A DNA stretch of 64,000 nt from an uncultured Subdoligranulum sp. (GCA_904390925.1 CAJFMB010000001.1:9167-73166); one strand, 5' to 3'. Shown: positions 52,298 through 61,530, numbered from the stretch's first letter. Numbers and translations: made by a program. Notes: a model not told the origin generated them from the sequence alone.

Positions 52298-54499
52298 ATG
52301 GCAGAAACGACGGATTCGATTTTCATTAACCGGGAACTCAGCTGGCTGGATTTCAACAGCCGCGTGCTTGCCCTCGCCAAAGAAAAGACGGTACCGCTGG
52401 GCGAGCGCCTGAAATTTGCCGGTATCTACGGCAGCAACCTGGACGAATTTTTCATGGTCCGGGTGGGGTCGCTGTACGACCAGACGCTGCTCAAGGACAA
52501 CAAGACCGACCAGATGACCCACATGACTGCCTCGCAGCAGCTGTCGGCCATCATGCCCAAGGTGGAGGAGTTGCAGGCCAAGTGCAACAAATACTACCAG
52601 CATCTGATGGATCAGCTGGCCGACTGTGGCTATAAAAAGGTGGACTTCAACTCCCTGGACAAGCAGGAGGAGCGCCGTTGGAAGAGCTACTACCAGAACG
52701 AGGTGTTCCCGATTCTCAGCCCGCAGATTGTGGACCAGCGGCATCCGTTCCCCTTCCTGCGCAACAAGGAAACCTATTTTGTTGTGCAGCTGTCCAATAA
52801 GACCGATGGCATCTATTACGGCATCATTCCTATCAACAGCCAGTTTGAGCGGGTCCTGTATGTCAAGGAAGGGGAAGTCACCCGGTTTGCCTTCATTGAG
52901 GAGCTGATCGCCCACTATGCGGCGTCGGTTTTCGGCAAGAGCAATGTGCAGAAGAGCTGCCTGTTCCGGGTTACCCGCAATGCCGACATCACGGTGGACG
53001 AGGGCATGATGGACCATGACATCGACTTCCGCGATGTGATGAGCGAGCTGCTGAAAAAGCGCCGCAAGCTGGCAGCGGTCCGGCTGCAGTTCTGGCCCGA
53101 GGCTCCCCAGGATATTGTCCGTTTTCTGCGCGACAAGCTGATGGTGCCTGCCGACCGCTGCATTGCCCAGACCGCACCGCTGGACCTGGGCTGCATGTTC
53201 AAGCTGGCATCCCGGCTGTCCGCCGATGGTCACAGCGAGCTGGCCTACCCGCCGGCCAAACCCATCCAGGCGCCCCACGGATACAGCCTCTATGACGAGG
53301 CCCGCAAGCATGATGTGTTGATCGGATATCCCTACCAGAGCATGCGTCCCTTCATCCGGATGCTGATGCGGGCCGGATCTGACCCGGATGTGGTTTCCAT
53401 CAAGATGACGCTGTACCGTCTGGCCAATGACTCCCAGATCGTGCAGGCACTGATCAACGCGGCCGAGAACGGCAAGCAGGTTGTGGCCATGGTGGAGCTG
53501 CGCGCCCGCTTTGATGAGCAGAACAACATCGACTGGTCCAAGCAGCTGGAGGATGCCGGCTGTACCGTGTTCTACGGCTTTGACGACTATAAGGTCCATT
53601 CCAAGCTGACACTGATCACCAGCAAGGTCAATGGCAAGTACCGGTATCTGACCCAGATCGGCACCGGCAACTATAACGAAAAGACCAGCGAGCAGTATAC
53701 CGACCTGTCCTTCATCACCGCCGACCAGCAGATCGGCGAGGAAGCCAGCGCCGTCTTCAACAATATGGCGCTGCAGCGCCTGACCAGCGACGTGGATACC
53801 ATGCTGGTGGCCCCGCTGCGGTTCAAGAGCGTCCTGATGAAGGAGATGGACAACGAGATCGCCCGCGCCAAGAGCGGCCTTCCCGCCTCGATGATTCTCA
53901 AGAACAACTCCATCAACGACCCGGAGATCATCAACAAGATCAGCGAGGCCAGCTGTGCCGGTGTGCGGGTGGATATGATTGTCCGCGGCATCTGCTGTGT
54001 CCGGGCCGGTGTGCCGGGCAAGACCGAGAATGTCCATATCCGCAGCCTGGTCGGCCGTTATCTGGAGCATTCCCGCATTTACTGCTTCGGCACCGGCGCC
54101 GATATGCGGATCTTCATCGCGTCCGGCGACTTCCTGACCCGCAACACCGAGCGCCGTGTCGAGGTGGGCGTCCGGATCAACGACCCGCGCATTGCCAAGC
54201 AGCTTTACGGCATTCTGGAACTGCAACTGCGGGATACCGTCAATGCCCGTGTCATGCAGCCGGACGGCACCTATACAAAGGTCAAGCCGGTGGAGGGCCA
54301 GCCTCCGGTGGACAGCCAGATGGCGATGTACGGCTATTTCCAGCATGGTTGGGATACGCTGCCGGAACCGGAAGCCCCCAAAAAGGTGCCTGCCGTGCAG
54401 AACAACAAGCCCGCTGCGGCAAAGGAGCCTGCCAGGGAAAAGTCCACTTCCCGGTTCCGGGGAATCTTCGGCACGCTGTTTGGCCGGGGCAAACAGTAA
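52298..54499 (+). CDS. ppk1: Polyphosphate kinase 1
   Basis: NRELSWLDFN, NLDEFFMVRV, SIKMTLYR, ELRARFDE..N, KVHSK, GTGNYN, GRYLEHSR; AGGAGG RBS. Confidence 0.96.
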   Translation: MAETTDSIFINRELSWLDFNSRVLALAKEKTVPLGERLKFAGIYGSNLDEFFMVRVGSLYDQTLLKDNKTDQMTHMTASQQLSAIMPKVEELQAKCNKYYQHLMDQLADCGYKKVDFNSLDKQEERRWKSYYQNEVFPILSPQIVDQRHPFPFLRNKETYFVVQLSNKTDGIYYGIIPINSQFERVLYVKEGEVTRFAFIEELIAHYAASVFGKSNVQKSCLFRVTRNADITVDEGMMDHDIDFRDVMSELLKKRRKLAAVRLQFWPEAPQDIVRFLRDKLMVPADRCIAQTAPLDLGCMFKLASRLSADGHSELAYPPAKPIQAPHGYSLYDEARKHDVLIGYPYQSMRPFIRMLMRAGSDPDVVSIKMTLYRLANDSQIVQALINAAENGKQVVAMVELRARFDEQNNIDWSKQLEDAGCTVFYGFDDYKVHSKLTLITSKVNGKYRYLTQIGTGNYNEKTSEQYTDLSFITADQQIGEEASAVFNNMALQRLTSDVDTMLVAPLRFKSVLMKEMDNEIARAKSGLPASMILKNNSINDPEIINKISEASCAGVRVDMIVRGICCVRAGVPGKTENVHIRSLVGRYLEHSRIYCFGTGADMRIFIASGDFLTRNTERRVEVGVRINDPRIAKQLYGILELQLRDTVNARVMQPDGTYTKVKPVEGQPPVDSQMAMYGYFQHGWDTLPEPEAPKKVPAVQNNKPAAAKEPAREKSTSRFRGIFGTLFGRGKQ

Positions 54500-54597
54500 A
54501 ACTGCAGACGGCCCGGCGAGAAATGTCGGACCCTGTTGGCAGATGGTATCGGAAACATACAGCCCTGCGGCTGTTTTAGAAGGAGGAACTCCTCACC

Positions 54598-54978
54598 ATG
54601 AAAAACTGCGTTTTGACCACCACCTTTTCCTGTGACCCCATGCGGGTCTGGCTGTATCTCACCAACCCGACGCTGCAGGGGTGGCGCAGGGACGTGAAAT
54701 CTGCCGAGATCAGCGATGACGGCATGCATGTGGTGGAAACTGCGCCGGACGGCAGCCGGACGGACATTGTCTTTTCCGTCAAGGAAAAGCCTCGCCGTCT
54801 GACCTGCACCTTCACCCACGGCCGGGTGCAGGGGGACTTCACCGCCATTTTGCTGGGCGGCGGGGATTCCACCAGCCTGGAATGCACCATGCAGGTGAAG
54901 GGGCTGGGCCTGTTCGCCAAGCCCAAAAAGATGCTGGAGGAGCGCATGAAGATGCTCTCCGCCGTGCTGGGTGCCTGA
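54598..54978 (+). CDS. SRPBCC/polyketide-cyclase-like small protein
   Basis: VW..LT.....WR.DV N-terminus, beta-rich core, C-terminal helix; AAGGAGG RBS. Confidence 0.65.
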   Translation: MKNCVLTTTFSCDPMRVWLYLTNPTLQGWRRDVKSAEISDDGMHVVETAPDGSRTDIVFSVKEKPRRLTCTFTHGRVQGDFTAILLGGGDSTSLECTMQVKGLGLFAKPKKMLEERMKMLSAVLGA

Positions 54979-55053
54979 TCTTTATTACCCTTTGCGCCTC
55001 CGCGCGGCATTTTCCCACAGACCGGGAAGATGCTGTGCGGGGGCGTTTTCTAT

Positions 55054-55082
55054 GTATATTCGGCTACCGCCGGGCATACCAT
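55054..55082 (+). promoter_or_regulatory. Sigma-E-like (mother-cell) promoter
   Basis: GTATATT-14 bp-CATACCAT, close to the sigma-E consensus (tcATATT-14-CATAcaaT), upstream of the spoIVF-like pair. Confidence 0.6.
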
Positions 55083-55142
55083 TGGGCTGTGCAGTATGGT
55101 ATGCAGAACTGGGCCCTGGCCCGGAAAGGAAGGTAAGCCGTC

Positions 55143-55949
55143 ATGTGGGAGGATGCCACCCCGAAACCTGTACCGGAGGAGCCCCAGAATAATGCCCGCC
55201 CCGAGGCGAGGTCCTCCGGTGAAAATCTGGTTCTTTGGGCGCAGATTCTGCTGGTCGGTCTGGCACTGGCAGGGATCTTTGCGGCCCGGCAACTGGACCT
55301 GCCGGTATATGACACGGTCCGCAACGTCCTGACCCAGGCGCTTCAACAGCCTGGGCTGGATGGCTTTGACGGGGAACGGAATCTGCTTCGCTTTGTTCAG
55401 ACGGGGATGAACCGGATTCAGCAGACGGCGGTGGAGGTGACGGAAACCCTTTCGGCGCCGGTCACCGCCGAGTCGGCCCGGCCCGCCCATGGCCAGCCGG
55501 AGCCCGATGCCCCGGCCGGGGCCAGCAGCGAGAGCTATCTGCCGGACTTTGCCCTTGCCCTGCCGCTGCCCGACGGTTTTACCACCACCTCCGGGTACGG
55601 GTGGCGGGATAATCCATTGACCGAGGATGGCAGCCGGGACTTCCACCTGGGCCGGGACCTGGCCGCCGCCGAGGGCACCCCGGTTTATGCCGCTGCCGAC
55701 GGTATGGTGCGCCGGGCCGGGACGGGGGACAGCTACGGCAATTATCTGCGCATCCTGCACGCCGGCGGGGACGAGACGCTGTATGCCCACATGCAGTATC
55801 TTTTTGTCCATCCCGGGCAGCAGGTACGGCAGGGCCAGATCATTGGCACAGTAGGGCAGACCGGAGATGTGACAGGGCCGCACCTGCATTTTGAATTGCT
55901 GCATGGAGGAATCCGCTATGACCCGTCCCAGGCACTGGGCCTTGCCTAA
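55143..55949 (+). CDS. M23 peptidase-family protein, SpoIVFA-like
   Basis: N-terminal TM, TSGYGWR, HLGRD, YGNY, YAH, GPHLHFE; AAGGAAGG RBS. Confidence 0.8.
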   Translation: MWEDATPKPVPEEPQNNARPEARSSGENLVLWAQILLVGLALAGIFAARQLDLPVYDTVRNVLTQALQQPGLDGFDGERNLLRFVQTGMNRIQQTAVEVTETLSAPVTAESARPAHGQPEPDAPAGASSESYLPDFALALPLPDGFTTTSGYGWRDNPLTEDGSRDFHLGRDLAAAEGTPVYAAADGMVRRAGTGDSYGNYLRILHAGGDETLYAHMQYLFVHPGQQVRQGQIIGTVGQTGDVTGPHLHFELLHGGIRYDPSQALGLA

Positions 55950-56403
55950 ATCAAAACTCCGGGTGCGTCGGCCCTGCCTTTTGCTGTTCTGCTATACGCT
56001 GCTTCTGGCGACCGACACAACCGGCGTGCTGCGCATCGGGATTCTATGCGCGCTGCTGCATGAATGCGGTCATGCAGCAGTGTTTATGCTGCAGCAGCAC
56101 CGCCTGCCCGAGCTGGAGGCGTCTCTGACCGGCATCCGGCTTTCTCTGCGGGGGATTCTTCTTTCGCCCGGGCGGCAGCTGATGCTGGCTGCTGCGGGCC
56201 CCGGCGTCAATCTTTTGCTGGCGGCTGTGGTGCTGACCTGGATGGATGGCCCCGGGCACTACAGCTATTTCGGTATGTGGTTTGCCGTGACAAATCTCTT
56301 GGTGGGGGGATTCAATCTGCTGCCGTTGCCGGGGCTGGACGGAGGCATGATCGCCGACAGCCTGCGCCTGCTGGCAGGGCGGGGCGGGCCTTCCGCCCAA
56401 TGA
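55942..56403 (+). CDS. M50 site-2 intramembrane metalloprotease, SpoIVFB-like (short)
   Basis: HECGH, AAGP.VN, FNLLPLPGLDGG; TTG start overlapping upstream stop (start approximate). Confidence 0.75.
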   Translation: MPKSKLRVRRPCLLLFCYTLLLATDTTGVLRIGILCALLHECGHAAVFMLQQHRLPELEASLTGIRLSLRGILLSPGRQLMLAAAGPGVNLLLAAVVLTWMDGPGHYSYFGMWFAVTNLLVGGFNLLPLPGLDGGMIADSLRLLAGRGGPSAQ

Positions 56404-56523
56404 TTTCACTGTGCCCACGGTTCGACCGTCTTTTTCCTTCTTTTTCGCTATACTGGGGCCGAATAAAACGACCGCGGCGCAAATTTGTATCCGCAGTCCG
56501 AAAAAAAGGAAAGGACGGTTTTC

Positions 56524-59500
56524 ATGCATATTCCCAAATCCCTTCGTTTTCTGTCCCTGCTGCTGACAGCGGCGGTGCTGATGACCATGGCATCTCCGGC
56601 GGCGCTGGCCGCCCCCACGCCGGGGGCAGTCCGCATTGCGGATGCAGATACCCTCAATGATTACGAGACCAGTCTGGGCGACAGCGACTCCACCTTGCTG
56701 GATGGCCGTGTCTGGTCGGACAAGTCGGTTTCCACCACCGATGTGGTATTTGACGGCGATGCGGGAGGCATCACCGTGACAAATGACTCAGATTTTCTGG
56801 TTACTTACTCGGCGCTGGCCACCTCCACCCAGATCATTTCCGAAACCACTGCGCCGGTGGATGTGGTTTTTGTGCTGGACTTTTCCGCCAGCATGGCCTG
56901 GGGCCAGTACGAGAACGGCCGCGGCACCGTGACCACCCAGGCGGAAAGCCGGGTACAAGCCATGGTGGACGGCATCAACGAGGCAATCAGTACCCTGGCG
57001 GAGGCCAATGACCAGAACCGGGTGGGAATTGTGGTATTCAACCGCGGCGCCCAGACCATGCTGAACCTGGGCACCGTTGCCGTCCGGCCGGACAAGGACT
57101 ATCTGGCCATCACCCGCTGGAACGCCACCCCCGGCGCCGATAACGGCAACAACGGCAATGTGCAGGTGACCTGCAATATTGATTCCACCACCATTCCGCT
57201 GGATTCCTACACCAACATTCATGCCGGGATTTATCAGGGCATGCAGATGCTGCTCAACGCCACCGATACCGATGCCCTCCAGAACGGCCAGACGGTCACC
57301 CGTGTGCCCAACCTGATTGTGATGTCGGACGGTGCACCCACCACCTTCTCCCGGGCAACCTCCGGCGGCGAATGGTGGGCGGGTATTGAAAATACCCCCA
57401 TCGGCTCGGGGGACAACAATACCCCCCACAGCGGAAACGGCTTCCTGCCGCTGGTCACGGCGGCCTATTTCAAAAAAGCTGTGACGGCCCATTACTATCC
57501 TGATCCGCAGCCGGGACAGAGTGCCCGGGTATTTACCATCGGCTTCAAGACGTCGGAGCAGAACGAGGGGATGCGGACAATGGCCGACCTGGTTCTGGAA
57601 CCGGGCCGTTACTGGAACGACTCCAACGACTTTACCTCCACCAATGTGCCGGCGGTGAACGCGGTCAATACCGCCTGGCAGGAATATCTTACCGGCAGTG
57701 CGCCAACCGTGCAGTATACCCAGTCCGGCAACCAGGAGTATACGGTGGACGTGGCGCCTGACCCGTATAACCCCACCTCGCTCAATTACCCGGATGCCTA
57801 TTTTGCGGCGGATGATGCCGACGCCCTCTGGAATGCCTTCCGCCGCATCATCAACAGCATCACCAGTTCCGCCCAGGGGCCCACCGAGGTGGAAAACAAT
57901 GACCCGGTCCACAGCGGTTACATCCTGTATGTGGACCCCATCGGTCAGTACATGCAGGTGGATGCGGTCAAGACCATCCTTTGGGCAAATGTCCGCTTTG
58001 ATCTGGAGGCAGGCTATGTCCCCACGCCGGAATCTCAGCCTGACGGCGGTGTTCGGTATACCTACACCGGACACTTTGCCACCGACAGCGGCGGCAAAAC
58101 CTTTGATAGCCCGGTGTATGGCCGCGGAAATGTGGATGACATTCTGGTCACCGTCAATCAGGACGCCGACGGCAACCAGACACTGCGGGTGGCGGTGCCG
58201 GCCTCGGCCATTCCCATCCGGGTCAACTCGGTCACGCTGAATGTGGACGGCGACCCGGTCAACAATGTCTCCAACAACGCCTACCCACTGCGTGTCTGCT
58301 ATACCGTTGGATTAAAACCGGGGGTCACCAATGCGGATGGCACCCTCAATACCGATCCTGCCACCGGCGGCGTCAGCAGTGAATATCTGGCACAGCACAC
58401 CGATCCGGCCACAAATCAGGTCTATTTCTATTCCAATCTATATTCCGGCAACGAGGAAGACGGGGAAACGGTGGGTAACGCCACGGTGGAATTCAATCCC
58501 GCCTCCACCAATCCCTTCTATTTTATCCAGGAAAACACACCGCTGTATCTCGACCCGGCCTGTACCATCCGGGCGGATCAGGCCCAGTTTGACCCTGACC
58601 GGGATTACTATTTTCAGGACGACTACTATGCCAGTTCGGGGGATACTGTCACCGCCCGCGTCTATGTCATCCGGCGCCGGGGCTCCAACCTTCAGGACTA
58701 TGTGGCCCGCGACGGCAGCGGATGGTATATCGTGGCCGATGCCCCGCGGCTTGGCAATCTGTCGGATCTGATCCGTCCGAAAGGGGCGGGCAACCTGACG
58801 CAGACTGCCCAGACCAGTTTTTATCCCACCTACCAGGCGGGCGGCCTGCCCCAGGGCTGGCTCAATGCCTATCAGGGCAACAACGGACGGCTGGCACTGG
58901 CAGCTCCGGCCAGCCTGAGCATCACGAAAAATATCACGGCGGATGCAGGGCTGACTCTCCCTGCCGACAGCAGTTTTGACTTTACCGTTTCGGTGCCGAC
59001 CAAATCCGGACAGACGGTCACGGCGACCCGCAGCGCTTCGGGAATGGCGACACCGGAACAGCTGAGCTTTGACGGCACAGGCAGTGCCTCCTTCACGCTG
59101 CAGCCCGGCGAAACCCTGACCATCCCGGATATGCAGAATGCCGGGTTTACTGTCCGGGAAACCTCCATGCCGGAAGGCTTTGCCCGGGAAACTGCCACTG
59201 CCGACCCGGCGGACATCGGCAGCTTTGACGCCGGCAGCGGCACCTATACCGGCACCATGGGTACCGATGCCGCCGCGGTCACCTTTACCAATGTCTACCG
59301 GGCCAGTTTTGGCCCCGATGCGGGAAGTATCCGGATTCCGGTCAGCAAGACCCTGTCCGGTTACCGGGATACCTGGCTTCCCGGGGAAACATTTACTTTC
59401 CAGATCAGTCCTTCCAGCCGGGCAGACAACAATCTTAATGCCGCACTGGCCCTGCCTGCCAGCCAGCTGGTGCTCAGCCAGGCCATGCCGCAGGGAAATT

Positions 59501-60267
59501 TTGTTGTGGATCTGAACCGCCTGCTGGACGCCGATACACTGGAAGCATTGCGGCAGCGCGCCGCCATTCAGGAGGTCACGCCGGAAAGCGGGGCGGTGCC
59601 GGAGGCCTCCACAACACCGGAGACCGCCAGCCCGGAGACCGCTGTACCCATCCTTACAGTAGAACCGACGCCCGACCAGGCCGCCAGCCCGGAAACCGCC
59701 ACTTCCGAGACTTCCCGTCGCCGCAACAATTCCGCCCCGTCCACACTGGCGGGCCTGACCCTGGAACAGGTGCAGAGGATGGACCCGGCTGACGCAAGGG
59801 AACTTCTCGACAGCATTCCCGGCGTCTACTATTACACAATCACCGAGACCGGAGACCCGGACACACTGGCTGAACGCGGTGTGACCAAGGATCTTTCCCA
59901 GTATGAGGCTGCCATTACGGTTGCGGACAACGGCAGCGGAACCCTGACCGCGACCCTCACCAGCTTGACCCGGGTGGTGGACTCCGACGGCAATGAACTG
60001 ACGGTGCCGGAACCGGTAGGGGAGGCATCCTTTGACAACCGGACGGTAGAACCTGTGCCGGTCAATCCCACTGCCACACCCCGGCCTTCCGAAAGCCCGC
60101 AGACTTCGGTAAGCGGAGGGACACCGACGGCTGCGCCGTCGGCACAAAATTCCGGGATTCCGCAGACAGGGGATGAATATCCCTACGTGGGGCTTTTTGC
60201 CGCGGCAGTGCTGTCTGCCTGCCTGGTGGGCGTATTGATCTATCATCGCCGCCGGAAAAAGCAGTAA
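56524..60267 (+). CDS. Sortase-anchored surface adhesin with vWA domain and pilin-like (Spy0128/FctA-type) domains
   Basis: Signal peptide; DVVFVLDFSASM MIDAS, TN, MSDGAP; SKTLSG..FTF..PGVYYYTITE..GVTKD..FDN pilin pattern; IPQTGD + TM + RRRKKQ. Confidence 0.85.
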   Translation: MHIPKSLRFLSLLLTAAVLMTMASPAALAAPTPGAVRIADADTLNDYETSLGDSDSTLLDGRVWSDKSVSTTDVVFDGDAGGITVTNDSDFLVTYSALATSTQIISETTAPVDVVFVLDFSASMAWGQYENGRGTVTTQAESRVQAMVDGINEAISTLAEANDQNRVGIVVFNRGAQTMLNLGTVAVRPDKDYLAITRWNATPGADNGNNGNVQVTCNIDSTTIPLDSYTNIHAGIYQGMQMLLNATDTDALQNGQTVTRVPNLIVMSDGAPTTFSRATSGGEWWAGIENTPIGSGDNNTPHSGNGFLPLVTAAYFKKAVTAHYYPDPQPGQSARVFTIGFKTSEQNEGMRTMADLVLEPGRYWNDSNDFTSTNVPAVNAVNTAWQEYLTGSAPTVQYTQSGNQEYTVDVAPDPYNPTSLNYPDAYFAADDADALWNAFRRIINSITSSAQGPTEVENNDPVHSGYILYVDPIGQYMQVDAVKTILWANVRFDLEAGYVPTPESQPDGGVRYTYTGHFATDSGGKTFDSPVYGRGNVDDILVTVNQDADGNQTLRVAVPASAIPIRVNSVTLNVDGDPVNNVSNNAYPLRVCYTVGLKPGVTNADGTLNTDPATGGVSSEYLAQHTDPATNQVYFYSNLYSGNEEDGETVGNATVEFNPASTNPFYFIQENTPLYLDPACTIRADQAQFDPDRDYYFQDDYYASSGDTVTARVYVIRRRGSNLQDYVARDGSGWYIVADAPRLGNLSDLIRPKGAGNLTQTAQTSFYPTYQAGGLPQGWLNAYQGNNGRLALAAPASLSITKNITADAGLTLPADSSFDFTVSVPTKSGQTVTATRSASGMATPEQLSFDGTGSASFTLQPGETLTIPDMQNAGFTVRETSMPEGFARETATADPADIGSFDAGSGTYTGTMGTDAAAVTFTNVYRASFGPDAGSIRIPVSKTLSGYRDTWLPGETFTFQISPSSRADNNLNAALALPASQLVLSQAMPQGNFVVDLNRLLDADTLEALRQRAAIQEVTPESGAVPEASTTPETASPETAVPILTVEPTPDQAASPETATSETSRRRNNSAPSTLAGLTLEQVQRMDPADARELLDSIPGVYYYTITETGDPDTLAERGVTKDLSQYEAAITVADNGSGTLTATLTSLTRVVDSDGNELTVPEPVGEASFDNRTVEPVPVNPTATPRPSESPQTSVSGGTPTAAPSAQNSGIPQTGDEYPYVGLFAAAVLSACLVGVLIYHRRRKKQ

Positions 60268-60288
60268 CTTTACCATTTGATAGAAAGA

Positions 60289-60335
60289 ACCCGGCCCGGG
60301 AACCTGAACAACAGGCTTCCGGGCCGGGTCTTTGT
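60289..60335. terminator. Terminator between convergent adhesin and cysK-like genes
   Basis: ACCCGGCCCGG...CCTG-loop-CAGG...CCGGGCCGGGT followed by CTTTGT. Confidence 0.7.
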
Positions 60336-60345
60336 GATGATTTTG

Positions 60346-61239
60346 TTATTCGTAGGTGCGGCGTCCGGCAAACACGCACAGCGGACGCTTGGACTTTCCC
60401 GCATTCATCAGCTGCAGGGCAGCGGCCAGCGTGGCGCCGGCACTGGTGCAGGCCGGCACACCGTCAAAGAACAGAACCTCTTTGGCGGCACGGTTGGCGT
60501 CGGCGGTGGAGACCGTCAGCACCGTATCCACCACATAGGGGTTGTAGTTTTCCGGCACAAATCCCGGACCGATGCCGGAAATGCCGTGGTGACCGATCAT
60601 GCCGCCGCTGATGGCCGCGCATTCGCTGGGCTCCACTGCCACAATCCGCACCATGCTGTTCCAGGCCTTCAGGTACTCGGCCACGCCGGTGATGGTGCCG
60701 CCGCTGCCCACACCGATCACGACCGCGTCAATGCTGTCGCCGGCTGCCTTCAGAATCTGCGGCCCGGTCACCCGGCGGTGATATTCCGGGTTGTCGTCGT
60801 TGGCAAAGTAATTGGTAAAGTAACCATTGTAGCGTGCTGCGGTATCGGCAGCCACCCGATCCAGCGCCTTGCGCCCGCCGATGCTGCATACCACGATGCG
60901 GGCACCCAGACTTTGCAGGTGCTGCCGGCGGCTGACCGGCAGGGCATTGGGCACCACCAGAATGCAGGGGTGCCCGGTTGTGGCGCAGGAGACCGCCAGC
61001 GCAGCACCGAAACTGCCAGAACTGGCTTCTACAACCGGCATGCCGGGACGCAGCGTGCCCCGTTCGGTGGCCAGGGCCAGCATGGTCTCGGCCACGCCGT
61101 CCTTACAGGTGCCGGTGGCGCCGCCGAAATCCAGATAGGCCAGGATACTGGCCTGCAGCCCATGCCGTCCCGAAAAACCCGACAGCTCCACCACCGGGCA
61201 TTTATACACATCCTGATAGTAGCTTTGCAGGACCCCCAC
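60346..61239 (-). CDS. Divergent cysteine-synthase-family PLP enzyme
   Basis: PLP lysine in GTCKDG, EASSG, NPEYH..TGP.I, GVGSGGTITG, VAVEP, HGISGIGPGFVP; GTG start at 61239. Confidence 0.8.
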   Translation of the reverse strand: MGVLQSYYQDVYKCPVVELSGFSGRHGLQASILAYLDFGGATGTCKDGVAETMLALATERGTLRPGMPVVEASSGSFGAALAVSCATTGHPCILVVPNALPVSRRQHLQSLGARIVVCSIGGRKALDRVAADTAARYNGYFTNYFANDDNPEYHRRVTGPQILKAAGDSIDAVVIGVGSGGTITGVAEYLKAWNSMVRIVAVEPSECAAISGGMIGHHGISGIGPGFVPENYNPYVVDTVLTVSTADANRAAKEVLFFDGVPACTSAGATLAAALQLMNAGKSKRPLCVFAGRRTYE

Positions 61240-61437
61240 AAACGCCGACCACCTTTCCCCAAACTGCAAAATCACAACCCGGTCCCGCATCCGACGGCCG
61301 CTGCACCGCAAGTCTGACAGCCCGGCACGCCGGCAAAGACCGGAAATCTTATTCATTATACCATATCCTTGCCGCTTGTGCGCTTTTTCGACAGGGTATT
61401 TTTCAAAAAAATGCGGGTTTCCGGCAGGTAAAACTAC

Positions 61438-61466
61438 TTGACACCACCCTCCGGCTCTGGTATAAT
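61438..61466 (+). promoter_or_regulatory. Consensus sigma-A promoter for ylxM-ffh
   Basis: Perfect TTGACA-17 bp-TATAAT with extended TG. Confidence 0.85.
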
Positions 61467-61530
61467 TGGCTGCTGTAAAGGAATCAGCTTTACACAGAGA
61501 AGCATCCACGCAATACAGGGAGGCAGGACA

